Notes under the pieces: model-generated
Seen by the model: only the letters and a program-made list of their open reading frames with translations
Database searches by the model: none
What the model was told of the DNA's origin: nothing
Shown: positions 46,676 through 56,964 of the stretch, piece after piece
Position numbering within the stretch: position 1 is the first letter of the stretch
Layout: each line of letters opens with the position of its first letter
Assembly (NCBI GenBank): GCA_022561055.1
Contig: JADFRY010000001.1
Location: 57,025 to 121,024, forward strand
Source of the DNA: Nanobdellota archaeon
GTDB taxonomy: Archaea > Nanobdellota > Nanobdellia > Pacearchaeales > GW2011-AR1
Length of the DNA: 64,000 nucleotides
Direction: 5' to 3'
Translations under genes and position numbers: made by a program

Positions 46676-48565
46676 ATGGGGGTAAGAAGAATGATTAGAT
46701 CGTTTTGGAGTAGGAAAGGACAAATTAGTTTTTTTATAATTCTTGCTATTGTAATAGTTGCGGCAGTAGTCATCTTCTTTGCTTTGAGGACAAATATTTT
46801 TGTTACAGGGATTGACCCTGAGTTTGTGCCTATTTATAATTTGTATGGGGAATGTGTGAAGCAGGAAACTGAAAATGCTCTGAATTTGTTAGGGACCCAA
46901 GGAGGCAAGATTGATGTTGGAGAGTATGTTCCTGGAAGTGAGTATGCTCCTTTTTCATCGCATTTGAATTTCTTAGGTTTTCCTATACCTTACTGGTATT
47001 ATGTTTCTGGAAACAATTTAATTAAAGAAAATGTTCCTTCAAGAAATGATATGGAGCAAGAGATTTCAGAGTTTTTAGAAGAGAGAATAAACGAGTGTGA
47101 TTTTAGTAATTTTTATGAGCAGGGATTTTTTATTGAGTTAGATGAAAGTCCAAGAGTTAAAACTAAAATAGAAGATAATAAGGTTAGTGTTGATGTTAGT
47201 GCTAGTGTTGTTGTTTTCAGAGAAGATAAAAGCGCGAGGAAAAATTTGCACCGAGTTGTGGTAGAAAGCAAGATTGGTAAGTTTCACAAAATTGCAAGAG
47301 AGATTTATGACAAGGAAAAAAACGAGGCGTTTTTGGAAGAGTATGCTGTCGATGTTTTAAGACTTTACGCTCCCGTTGACGGTGTTGAAGTTCAGTGCAG
47401 TCCGAAAATTTGGAAGACGCAAGAGGTTGTTAATAATTTACAAGAAGGATTAGAAGCAAACATTAGGGCATTAAAACTTAAAGGAAAATATTATAATTTA
47501 AATGAGAAAGAGGATGAGTATTTTGTAATTGACCATAATGTTGACGAGTCAGTTAATTTTTTATATTTAAGAAATTGGCCAAGTAAAATTGAAATTACTC
47601 CTGCTAATGAGGAATTAATGATTGCAGAACCAATTGGAAACCAACAAGGTTTAGGAATTTTAGGTTTTTGTTATGTTCCTTATCATTTTGTTTACGACGT
47701 AAGCTTTCCTGTTTTGATACAAATACATGATGGATTAGAAATTTTTCAGTTCCCTATTTCTGTGATTATTGATAATAATCTGCCTAGAGAAGCAGAACTT
47801 TTGAGTTTTGCAGAGGAAGAGGATATTGATATATGTAGTTTTAAGGAAGGGAATGTGCAGGTTTATACTTTTGATAGTAATTTGAATCCTGTCGAGGCTG
47901 AAATAAGTTATAAGTGCTTTGATAGTATTTGCAGGCTTGGAGAAACAGAGAGCTCTGGGGGAGATGCTGTTCTTAATACAAATATTCCTTTATGTGTTAA
48001 TGGTTATATAATTGCCAAAGCCGAGGGATTTGTAGAGAAGAAGCAGTTGTTTTCATCCAATTCTGAAATAATTGCCGACGTTATCCTTGATAGAGAATAT
48101 GAAGTTGAGGTTGAATTAAGAGTCGCTGGGAAAGAGAAAAAAAATACAACTGCGATTGTTCATTTTAGCGGAGAAGACGGAACAGCAAGTGTAGTTTTGC
48201 CTGAAAATAATAAAGTTAAGTTGAAAGAAGGGCTATATGATATAGATGTTTTTGTTTATGGAGATTCGAGTGTTGTGATTCCAAGTTCTAGGAAAAGGCA
48301 ATGTTTTGAAGTGTCAAAAGGAGGTTTGTTTAGCTTTTTTGGGGCAACTAAAGAAGAGTGTATTGATATTGAAATCCCTGAAGTAAGAATAGATTACGCG
48401 TTGACAGGAGGAGGAAAAACAAATACTTATATTCTGGAATCTGAGTTGAAAAAAGGCAGAGTGGTTATAGATGTTAGTGAATTGCCTAAACCAAATTCAC
48501 TTGAACAGTTGCAATATAATTACGAAATATTTAATAGTCTAGGAGTTGAGATGGTGTTTATATGA
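46676..48565 (+). CDS. large extracellular protein with pilin-like class III signal (SRKGQ|ISFFIILAIVIV)
   Basis: 629 aa; N-terminal KGQ + hydrophobic helix; ATGA overlap with downstream giant ORF. Confidence 0.5.
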   Translation: MGVRRMIRSFWSRKGQISFFIILAIVIVAAVVIFFALRTNIFVTGIDPEFVPIYNLYGECVKQETENALNLLGTQGGKIDVGEYVPGSEYAPFSSHLNFLGFPIPYWYYVSGNNLIKENVPSRNDMEQEISEFLEERINECDFSNFYEQGFFIELDESPRVKTKIEDNKVSVDVSASVVVFREDKSARKNLHRVVVESKIGKFHKIAREIYDKEKNEAFLEEYAVDVLRLYAPVDGVEVQCSPKIWKTQEVVNNLQEGLEANIRALKLKGKYYNLNEKEDEYFVIDHNVDESVNFLYLRNWPSKIEITPANEELMIAEPIGNQQGLGILGFCYVPYHFVYDVSFPVLIQIHDGLEIFQFPISVIIDNNLPREAELLSFAEEEDIDICSFKEGNVQVYTFDSNLNPVEAEISYKCFDSICRLGETESSGGDAVLNTNIPLCVNGYIIAKAEGFVEKKQLFSSNSEIIADVILDREYEVEVELRVAGKEKKNTTAIVHFSGEDGTASVVLPENNKVKLKEGLYDIDVFVYGDSSVVIPSSRKRQCFEVSKGGLFSFFGATKEECIDIEIPEVRIDYALTGGGKTNTYILESELKKGRVVIDVSELPKPNSLEQLQYNYEIFNSLGVEMVFI

Positions 48566-51500
48566 TAAAGAAAAGGTTTGGAGAATTGTTTTTGGTTGTT
48601 GGAATTTTGATTTTTATAATTGCAGGTTTGGAATTTAGTGTTGCGCAGGTTGGTTCAGGTTATTCTTATTCTGATAAGGAATTTTCTGGGAGTAATAGAG
48701 GCAGTGCAAGTTTTGTCAATTATGGTGCACCTCCTGATTTTCAGAAATATTACTCTTCAGAGGGCAGACTCAGTACTTATTTTCCAGTTTTAGCCGATAG
48801 AGATAGTTGTTTTGCGAGGCAGGATATTTTATTACAAGTTGCTCCTGTCGGTTGTCAGCCAGCTGTTGTAAGAAGCGATTTATTAGCAGAGCAAAATGTT
48901 CCGGTATTTTGTCAGCTTGATGCTATAAAAGTGAATCCTTTGTTAGATATTAAGCAGATAAGGAGTATAAGGTTTAGGGGAGATTACCCTAAGGAAGTTG
49001 TCGGAGTTGGTTTTCATCCTGCGAGAGCTGCTTTGAGGACAAGAGATAAACTTTTAGGCAGTCCATTAATAAATAATATTGGATATGTCGTTGTTGTTTT
49101 GAAGAGAAACCCAAATGAAGAAGAATTGCCGAATTTTATTAATTTTACCTTAAGTGCGAGACTCGATTATTATTCTGGAAATGCTTTAGGAATTGGAAAA
49201 AGTGAGTTTTTGCTTAGGGAAGTTACAGACGCTGAATGGAAGTCTGAAAGGAATAGACAAAGTTTCTTTAAAGGACAATATTTTGCGAGGCTTATCGATG
49301 CAGACCCTAATTTTGCAACTATTGCTATTTATCATGGAGAAAGGAAAATTTCGACAACAAGAGTTCAAAGGGGAAAGTCTTCAGAAGATATTTATGTGCC
49401 TGGCCAATATTGCCAGGTAGCTTTGAAGCTTTCTTATGATGGTTTTGTTTCTGCAGACAAGATTGCTAAGATTCGGATTGATGATGAGATCATTGATGTT
49501 TATCGAGGAAGCAGGTTTCTGAATGGCAAATGTCAAGTAAAAAGTATAAATGGGGATAGTACGAATGGAACCGTAGAAATTTCTTGTGGCGGTTCAAGAT
49601 CATTTACTTTAGGATTACAAGCAAGATTCTTGAAAGTTGGAGACCTTGTTAATTACACGAAAGGAGATAGAGATTTATGGGAGATTACAGAAATTAATGA
49701 AAAGGAGAGACAATATAATATAACAAAATATTCTAATGAAGGTGTAATAGAAAGTAAGGTTGTCAATATTAGTGATGTTTTTCCAGAGGTTTCTGATGTT
49801 TTATTTGAGGCAAGATATACTGGCGAGACAAAAGAATATTTCAAAAAGGCAATTGATAGTTATGAGGAAGTAGTCGATAGTTATGCGCGTGAAAAAAAAT
49901 CTGAGGCACGTGATATTGAAGGAACACCAACTTATGGAGAGCTAGCTTTGGGAAAAGCAATTGAGCTTGCGTCAGATTTTAAGAAAGAAGCAACCGAAGC
50001 CCGTTTAATAGAGAAATTTATTGATGTTTATCCTGACGCCGATAATAGTTCTTTTTATACTAGCAAATTAAATGAATTATATACGAAAGACAGCAGCTTG
50101 GCAGGAACAGTTATCGATATAGACAATGACTTTAAGACAATTAAGTTGCTGGAGATTAGGATTCCTGCGAAAAGGTCGAGTGCCGAGTTTGTTTTAGGTG
50201 TTGAAAGAATAACTTTGCAGAGTGGAGAGAGTCATTCATTTATTAGTATAGGAGATAAAAATGGCTTAGTCATTATTGAAAAGGTAGAGTTTGATAAGGT
50301 TAAGGTAACTTCTTATTGTGGGGAAGATGATAGAGGTAATAGAGAGTGGAGTAAATCAATCAGAATAGGAGAGAGTGAAACTTCTTGCGGGGTTAGTTTG
50401 AGATTGGTCGATGTTAATCTTGAAGAGTTTGCAAGAGTAAAAATTAGCCCTGTCGTTAGAACGACTAGCGAGACTGAGTTTACGGTCGGTGTTGGAATCG
50501 AGAAAAGAGCAATCAAGCTTAGTCCTGACAAGACAAAAGAAAAGATTGAGAATTTGAACAAGAGCATTAAGAAGTGGGAGTCAATTTCAAATAATTTAGG
50601 TGATGTTGTCAGAGGTTTGAAAGGAGCTTGCTTTGCAACTGCCGGAGTTTTAACTGTGAAGAATTTCTTTACAGGATTTAGTGGAGAATCTTTGGCAAGA
50701 CAGAAAGTTATGCGAGGTTCTGACGGCTGGACTGAATGGTGTAAAGATAGACTGAAACCAAGAGGACAGTATGATACTTTAACTCAATGTTATAATGATA
50801 AAGCTTCACAAATAAAAAAAGATGTTGATGCATATGCGAAAGCAATCTCTCAATCAAATAAAAAGATGAAAGCAATTGAGGATGATAGTATAATTTCTAG
50901 TGGAGGATTTTTTGGAGGAGATAGTATTGATATCGATGAAGCTAAGAAAGATTTAGTTAAAGTATTAGAGAGTGAATGTTCGAGTGTTAGTACAGGACTG
51001 GGCGGAGAAAATGGTGATATCGGAAAGTTAATTGCTGGTGTAAAACTAGAAGATTTAGGATATCAACAATTAAGAGACATGTATTTTAATTGTCTTGTCG
51101 TTAAAGGAGGCCAGCTTTCTAGTGGTGGTGTAGGATTGAACAGGGCTAATGAAGACTTGAAGTTAATCGGTGAAAGGATTTTGGAGAGGAAAGAAACTTC
51201 ACAAGTTAGAGAAGGTCTCGGTGAATCATTAAAAAGAACTGGTTTAGAAGGTTTTAGAATTGTGTCTTATGGAGGGGAAAATGCAATAAGAGGCGAGTAT
51301 TATGGGGGGATTTTGAAACCAGGAGATATAAATAATGTTGATATTAATAATAATACACCTGCTCAAGTTATAACTTATGACGGGGATCCTTATCTTATAA
51401 TTTTACAAAAAACTAGTGTGGAGAATTATAGACCAGAGAAGATTTATGCATTGACGCGAGAGAGTAATTATAAAGAGGCCACTCTTGTCGAGGGCGCGCT

Positions 51501-53937
51501 TGCTTCAAAGATTAGGAGAATCCATATTTATAGAAAAATCGATGCTGGTTCTTATAATAATAGATTTGCCAAGGGCGAGGATGTTGTGAGGTATTATGAG
51601 AGAGAGCCATATAAAGGGACGCCGGCAATTGTGCCTATAGATGTTGATGAGGGATGGTATGTTGCAACAAAACAAACATTGCCTGGTTTCGGAAAAATAA
51701 AAGCATTTGAATCGTCAGGAAGACCGGTTAGTTTCTGGGTTTGTAATATCATGCAAGATAAAAAAGTAGGATTTTTCTCTCCTGGTTTTGGCGATGATAA
51801 ATGTGTGCAGTTTAATATGAATACAGGACAGCCTTTGGATAAATTCCCTGGTTTGAGCGAGCGAAAGACAAGACAGTTAGTCGATAGAGCAGTTCAGGCA
51901 TTAGAGGATGCAGCCAAAGAGACAGGGAAGAAAAAGGGAGAGCTTGTTAATATTCTTGGGAGACGTCTTAGTGTTGGAGGTTTTGCTGCGAGTATTCCTG
52001 GAACGCAATGCCAAGATTTTATGAGTCCTGAAGATTGTTTGAAGTTATTTAATGTTTGCGACCCTGTGATATGCCCAAGTTCGAGATGCAATTTGGGTGG
52101 TACATATTATGTTTCAGATGTTATTCAATCTGGCGTCATAGGGAGTGTTTTGTTATGCTTGCCTAATTTTAAAGAAGGTATACTAGTGCCTGTTTGTTTG
52201 ACAGGAATTAAAGCTGGAATCGATGGTTATTTGTCAATTTTGAAATCTCATCAGCAATGTTTGCAAGAGAATTTGGAAACCGGAAGAACAATAGGGATTT
52301 GTGATTTAGTAACTTCTGTTTATACTTGTGAGTTTTTCTGGAGACAGGCGGCGCCAGTCGCAAATGTTTTGTTACCGAAAGCTGTTGAGTTTCTTTACAC
52401 AGGCGGACAAGGACAGGCGAGAGGCGGAGGAGAGTATTTAACTGTTCAGACTGCCTGGGAAAATGCGCAAGACTCTGTTAATTTCTTTACACAAGAATAT
52501 GCAGCTAATTCTTTAGAAGCGTTTAGAGTCAGGTCTATTGCAGAAGCAGGCACAACTTTGTGTAGGGCTTTTGTTTCTGTTAAAGGCCCTAAGTCGTTTG
52601 AAACACTAATTGAGCCAGATTCGCCGCCGCAGTTCCATGCATGGTTTAGTTCAATACCATTTAGCGACGCGACTGTTCCTGCCACGGCTCAGTATAAAGT
52701 ATTTTATCATATTTTTTCAGGGGATGATTCTGGAGTTGCATTTAGCGTTTATTTGAAAGACCCTCCTGAAACTTCATTCTATTACACGACTCCGACGTTA
52801 ATTGTTGCTTCAGGGTTTGCACCGAGAGGACAGTTTGCTACAGAGACGAGAGACTTTACTGCGCCGGAAGGTTATAAGCAGTTATGCGTGAGGATAAATA
52901 ACAAGGAAGAGTGCGGGTTTAAACAAGTATCTTCTAGTTTCGCTCTTAATATTATTAGAGATGAATTTGTGAGTGATGAAATTGAAAGGGGAGATATAAC
53001 AAGAGAGAGTGAATGTATTTCAGGCAAATTGAATGTTGCGGCTTTGTTAAACCCAAATATCCAAGAGGCAGCACAAGAAGCAATTGACCCTGCCGTTTAT
53101 AATAGAGGAGTAGTTAGGATTTGTGCGACTGATAATCCAGGAAAGGGAACAGAGCCAGAGAGGTTTGTGGATGCTGGTTATTGCGATGACCAGAGAGTAA
53201 GATGCTGGGTCGATATGAATAGTGTTGAAAGAGCTCTTACAGTTGATAATATTGGAGAAAAAGAAAAAACTATAGAAAAATTAGAAGCAAGGCAGAAAGA
53301 GCTTTTGCAAGAAGGAAAGGAAAAAGAGTTTTATAGTGAGACGAAAGCTAGTGAGGTTAGTGAAAGGTTAAGAAGAGAGAAACTTTTCAGAGTCAGCAAG
53401 GATAATGTCGAAGGTAGAATTGATGAGATTGATAATGATTTAGAAAAAGTATTTTTTAATTATCAGAGGGCAGAGTTTCTTTTGTTGAAAGGAGATGTTT
53501 ATGCTAAGGTTGCTAAGAATTTATTGACAAAATTGCAGGGAGTTTTGGAGATAGATCCTTCTGGGGGAGTCGAGGATAAAAAAGAAAAAGAAGAAAATAT
53601 AGAATTGCTTTTTTCTGAGAGATTTAGTCTTAGAAATAGTGAAGATGATTTAATTATACGTTATAAAAAGTATCAGGATAGTACATTAGATAATACAGAG
53701 CTATTTGTTCCTAAGGATACTAAAGTTTTGGTTTATAAGACTAAGAATAATGTTGTTGCAGATTTGAGTAGAACAATTGATTTTTCTGGAAAAGGGGAGT
53801 CTGTCATAGCTGTGAAAGAAAATTCGATGTATTTACGGATTTTGGATGATTTTGATTTAGTTAGGTTAGACAATGCGAAGATTTTATTTAGCGAAGATGG
53901 TAGTCTTAGCCTAAAGTTTGATGGTTCTGGTAACTAA
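48562..53937 (+). CDS. giant extracellular/cell-surface protein (1791 aa), N-terminal signal-anchor, Cys-rich segment, C-terminal coiled coil
   Basis: Uninterrupted 5.4-kb ORF; N-terminal 'LFLVVGILIFIIAGLEF'; 'CDPVICPSSRCNLGG' Cys cluster. Confidence 0.6.
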   Translation: MIKKRFGELFLVVGILIFIIAGLEFSVAQVGSGYSYSDKEFSGSNRGSASFVNYGAPPDFQKYYSSEGRLSTYFPVLADRDSCFARQDILLQVAPVGCQPAVVRSDLLAEQNVPVFCQLDAIKVNPLLDIKQIRSIRFRGDYPKEVVGVGFHPARAALRTRDKLLGSPLINNIGYVVVVLKRNPNEEELPNFINFTLSARLDYYSGNALGIGKSEFLLREVTDAEWKSERNRQSFFKGQYFARLIDADPNFATIAIYHGERKISTTRVQRGKSSEDIYVPGQYCQVALKLSYDGFVSADKIAKIRIDDEIIDVYRGSRFLNGKCQVKSINGDSTNGTVEISCGGSRSFTLGLQARFLKVGDLVNYTKGDRDLWEITEINEKERQYNITKYSNEGVIESKVVNISDVFPEVSDVLFEARYTGETKEYFKKAIDSYEEVVDSYAREKKSEARDIEGTPTYGELALGKAIELASDFKKEATEARLIEKFIDVYPDADNSSFYTSKLNELYTKDSSLAGTVIDIDNDFKTIKLLEIRIPAKRSSAEFVLGVERITLQSGESHSFISIGDKNGLVIIEKVEFDKVKVTSYCGEDDRGNREWSKSIRIGESETSCGVSLRLVDVNLEEFARVKISPVVRTTSETEFTVGVGIEKRAIKLSPDKTKEKIENLNKSIKKWESISNNLGDVVRGLKGACFATAGVLTVKNFFTGFSGESLARQKVMRGSDGWTEWCKDRLKPRGQYDTLTQCYNDKASQIKKDVDAYAKAISQSNKKMKAIEDDSIISSGGFFGGDSIDIDEAKKDLVKVLESECSSVSTGLGGENGDIGKLIAGVKLEDLGYQQLRDMYFNCLVVKGGQLSSGGVGLNRANEDLKLIGERILERKETSQVREGLGESLKRTGLEGFRIVSYGGENAIRGEYYGGILKPGDINNVDINNNTPAQVITYDGDPYLIILQKTSVENYRPEKIYALTRESNYKEATLVEGALASKIRRIHIYRKIDAGSYNNRFAKGEDVVRYYEREPYKGTPAIVPIDVDEGWYVATKQTLPGFGKIKAFESSGRPVSFWVCNIMQDKKVGFFSPGFGDDKCVQFNMNTGQPLDKFPGLSERKTRQLVDRAVQALEDAAKETGKKKGELVNILGRRLSVGGFAASIPGTQCQDFMSPEDCLKLFNVCDPVICPSSRCNLGGTYYVSDVIQSGVIGSVLLCLPNFKEGILVPVCLTGIKAGIDGYLSILKSHQQCLQENLETGRTIGICDLVTSVYTCEFFWRQAAPVANVLLPKAVEFLYTGGQGQARGGGEYLTVQTAWENAQDSVNFFTQEYAANSLEAFRVRSIAEAGTTLCRAFVSVKGPKSFETLIEPDSPPQFHAWFSSIPFSDATVPATAQYKVFYHIFSGDDSGVAFSVYLKDPPETSFYYTTPTLIVASGFAPRGQFATETRDFTAPEGYKQLCVRINNKEECGFKQVSSSFALNIIRDEFVSDEIERGDITRESECISGKLNVAALLNPNIQEAAQEAIDPAVYNRGVVRICATDNPGKGTEPERFVDAGYCDDQRVRCWVDMNSVERALTVDNIGEKEKTIEKLEARQKELLQEGKEKEFYSETKASEVSERLRREKLFRVSKDNVEGRIDEIDNDLEKVFFNYQRAEFLLLKGDVYAKVAKNLLTKLQGVLEIDPSGGVEDKKEKEENIELLFSERFSLRNSEDDLIIRYKKYQDSTLDNTELFVPKDTKVLVYKTKNNVVADLSRTIDFSGKGESVIAVKENSMYLRILDDFDLVRLDNAKILFSEDGSLSLKFDGSGN

Positions 53938-54043
53938 TGAGTGCGGGGACTAAGTTTTATAGCGGAAGTTAAAAGCGGGGAGAATTGTCTGGGTTTTTTT
54001 GTTTAGGAAATAAATATAAATAACTCTAAGTTAAAGGTTTGAT

Positions 54044-54931
54044 ATGGATATAAGAAAAATAGGCGTTCATAACGGGTATTTTCATGCTGATGATGTTTTT
54101 GCAGTAGCAGTACTAAAATTAATTTATCCCAAAGCGAAAGTTGTTCGAAGTAGGGACCTGGGTATTTTAAAAAAATGTGATGTTCGTATTGACGTTGGTA
54201 TGAAGTATGATCCTAAAAAAGGAGATTTTGATCACCACCAAGGAAATATGAAAGAATCAAGGGAGAATGGAGTTCCCTATGCTTCGTTCGGTTTAGTATG
54301 GAAACATTTTGGAAAAAAACTTGTAGGTAACAACGAAGTCTGGGAGTATATTGACAAAAGATTTGTTCAACCAATTGATGCAAATGATACCGGTCACAAT
54401 ATATATGAGGCACAGATTGATCCACATACTACTTCAAAGGTCGTTGATGTGTTTAATCCTAGCTGGTTACAACAAGACGAAAAATTATATGATGAAGGGT
54501 TTTTTGAGATCTTACCCTTTGCTATGACACTTGTACAAAAAGAAATACAAAAAGCGGATGGAATCGTGAAGGCAAGAAGCATAGTTAGAGAAAAAATAAA
54601 AGAACAGGATGCAGAAAAGAAAGGTTTTTTATTTTTAGAAAAACATATTCCATGGAAAGAAGTTGTTATTAATGAGACAAGTGATGTCAAATATGTTGTT
54701 TCTTATCATGAAGGATATAGCACATGGGGTGTTGAAGCAGTTCGAAAAGAATTAGTCAGCTTTGAGAATCGAAAAGATTTACCCAAAGAGTGGGGTGGAT
54801 TAGCAAATGAAAAACTTGCCAGCGTTACTGGAATCAAAGATGCAGTGTTTTGTCATAAATCCCTTTTCGTTATTTCGGCGCGAAGTAAGGAAAGCGCTCT
54901 AAAATTAGTAAAAAAAGCCTTAAAAGACTAA
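54044..54931 (+). CDS. MYG1/UPF0160 family metal-dependent hydrolase
   Basis: 'GVHNGYFHADDVFAVAVL' and 'GDFDHHQG' signature. Confidence 0.6.
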   Translation: MDIRKIGVHNGYFHADDVFAVAVLKLIYPKAKVVRSRDLGILKKCDVRIDVGMKYDPKKGDFDHHQGNMKESRENGVPYASFGLVWKHFGKKLVGNNEVWEYIDKRFVQPIDANDTGHNIYEAQIDPHTTSKVVDVFNPSWLQQDEKLYDEGFFEILPFAMTLVQKEIQKADGIVKARSIVREKIKEQDAEKKGFLFLEKHIPWKEVVINETSDVKYVVSYHEGYSTWGVEAVRKELVSFENRKDLPKEWGGLANEKLASVTGIKDAVFCHKSLFVISARSKESALKLVKKALKD

Positions 54932-55128
54932 ATAATCACACGATTATTTATTTCAAAGATCGTACCGCATTACCCCCCATAGTTAAAAGCGGTCTGAGTG
55001 CGGGGACTAGGATCCTAAATACAAACTTTTTAGAAAAAAGTTTCTATGAGTTCAAAAACTATACTTGGAACTTCGTTCTTATTAGCAAGCTACAAAATAG
55101 TCCAGCAATATTGCTTTGCAATATTGAA

Positions 55129-55213
55129 TGCGGGAACTAGGATTCGAACCTAGGTAGGCACTAAGCACACTGCGGCCTAAACGCAGCCCGTTTGACCACT
55201 CCGGCATCCCCGC
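55129..55213 (-). tRNA. tRNA-Leu (anticodon TAG), class II long variable arm
   Basis: GCGGGGA..TTCCCGC acceptor, anticodon stem CTGCG/CGCAG loop TTTAGGC, variable arm ~15 nt, T arm CTAGG-TTCGAAT-CCTAG. Confidence 0.8.
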
Positions 55214-55256
55214 CTGCTTAGAAATAGAATTGAAATTGGAGTTATAAGCGTTTTGG

Positions 55257-55898
55257 TTATCCTTTAACTATGCTTTTAATAAAACCCAAACTAATTCGTT
55301 CAGGTCTAGTAGTGCTACCTAGTTTGTTATATTTTAGAGTCATATTTGCTTCAAAATATCCTTCTAAGGTATTTTCACAAACTATTGTAAATTCAGTATT
55401 TATGTTTGGCTCCATCATTTTGTTGAAATCTTTTTTACCACAATTAGTTATCTCAATGTTTTTTAACTCTAGATCTCCTTCTCCTGCTTGCACCACCTCA
55501 AGAGTTATTTGATTTTTACTTACAGTAAAGGCATTAACATAGAAAGGCGGACCTATGACTGCTAGATTTCCGAAAAGTTTTCCATTTTTACTGATGAATG
55601 GATATCCTTCTAGCATTTCTCCTTTTTTATTGATTATTGCTGTTAGTTCTTTTGAAACTCCAACAGTACATACAATTTCCCAATAATTTCCATCTAGATT
55701 AGGTATTTTAGTTATTGTTGAGTTTGAAGGGTCTTCACATGTTTCATAGAGGGAGTTTAATTCTCTCGGCTCTGATTCAATATATTCTTGAACGTCAGAT
55801 ATTTCTTCCAGGTTAGTTGAGCCAGTTAATAGGAAATAACCTACGACACCTAAAATTAGTAATAGAATAATAACAAAAATGATTATCACCTTTTCCAT
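55257..55898 (-). CDS. secreted hypothetical protein with N-terminal signal anchor
   Basis: 'IIIFVIILLLILGVVGYFLL' then soluble domain. Confidence 0.4.
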   Translation of the reverse strand: MEKVIIIFVIILLLILGVVGYFLLTGSTNLEEISDVQEYIESEPRELNSLYETCEDPSNSTITKIPNLDGNYWEIVCTVGVSKELTAIINKKGEMLEGYPFISKNGKLFGNLAVIGPPFYVNAFTVSKNQITLEVVQAGEGDLELKNIEITNCGKKDFNKMMEPNINTEFTIVCENTLEGYFEANMTLKYNKLGSTTRPERISLGFIKSIVKG

Positions 55899-55933
55899 TA
55901 TTTAGAAATGTGAAGAGAATATTTAAGGTTTTC

Positions 55934-56866
55934 TTAGGAGGTCTTAGCCTTTCCTTTTGCCTCTATCTCTTTGAGCTTATCTTCAATTTCTAACTTTTCT
56001 ATGAGTTCTTTGTACCTGTTTCTGATTGTGACTTCTGTTATTCCTGCGACATCTGCGACTTCTCTCTGGGTTTTCTTTTCACTGTTAAGGAGGGCAGCAA
56101 CATATAGAGCGGCAGCCGCAATTCCAGCAGGACCTCTCCCTGATGTTAGTTCTGAAACGTCTGCTTTTTTTAATATTCTAAGGGCTTCATTTTGGGCTTT
56201 TGGAGATAGATGCAAGATTGAAGAGAACCTTGAGATGTAGTCTTTTGGTGAAGATGGTTTTACTTTTATTCCGAGTTTTCTTATGATAAACCTGTATGTT
56301 CTGCCAATTTCTTTTCTTGGAACGTCAGATGCTGTAGCGATTTCATCTAGAGTTCTTGGGATATTGTATGAACGACAAGCTGCGTAGATGCAAGCAGCAA
56401 TAACAGATTCCATTGAGCGTCCTCGGACAAGACCTCTTTGCAAAACAAAGTTGTAGACTCTGGCAGATTCATCTCTTACGACAGAAGGCAAGTTGAGGAA
56501 AGAGGCGACTCTTCTTAATTCAGCCATTGCAAGTCTTAAGTTTCTTTCTATTGATGTAGAGACTCTTTCTTGCCATTTTTTTAGTCTTAGAAATTTGCGA
56601 GTTTGACCAGATTCTAATTTGTAAATATCAGAGATTTCGCCGACGTTTGTTGTGAGTCCCTTATCAAATTTTTGTATTGATAGTGGTGCTCCGCCGCGTC
56701 CTTTTTTTTCATTTTTGTCAAATTGGCCACCACCTTCTTGGCCAGTGTCAACCATTTTTTCTTCAATAAGAAGACCGCATTCATTACAGATTATTTCGCC
56801 CCTTTGCTCATCGTGAGTAAGATGTATGCTTTCGCATTCCGGGCATCTTTTTATATAGTCGCTCAT
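55934..56866 (-). CDS. tfb: transcription initiation factor IIB (TFB)
   Basis: N-terminal Zn ribbon 'CPECES..CNECG', two cyclin-fold repeats, C-terminal HTH. Confidence 0.9.
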   Translation of the reverse strand: MSDYIKRCPECESIHLTHDEQRGEIICNECGLLIEEKMVDTGQEGGGQFDKNEKKGRGGAPLSIQKFDKGLTTNVGEISDIYKLESGQTRKFLRLKKWQERVSTSIERNLRLAMAELRRVASFLNLPSVVRDESARVYNFVLQRGLVRGRSMESVIAACIYAACRSYNIPRTLDEIATASDVPRKEIGRTYRFIIRKLGIKVKPSSPKDYISRFSSILHLSPKAQNEALRILKKADVSELTSGRGPAGIAAAALYVAALLNSEKKTQREVADVAGITEVTIRNRYKELIEKLEIEDKLKEIEAKGKAKTS

Positions 56867-56964
56867 TTTCTATACATCTAATAGAAAGCTTTATAAATCT
56901 TTTCTTTTTCTGAGTATTTAAATCTTTCGTTTTAGAATTTTATTGATGTAACCAGGGAGGCACA

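Noticed and set aside
49186-52685. Small minus-strand ORFs inside the giant protein gene
   Set aside because: They are embedded in a continuous 5.4-kb ORF and are too short to stand alone.
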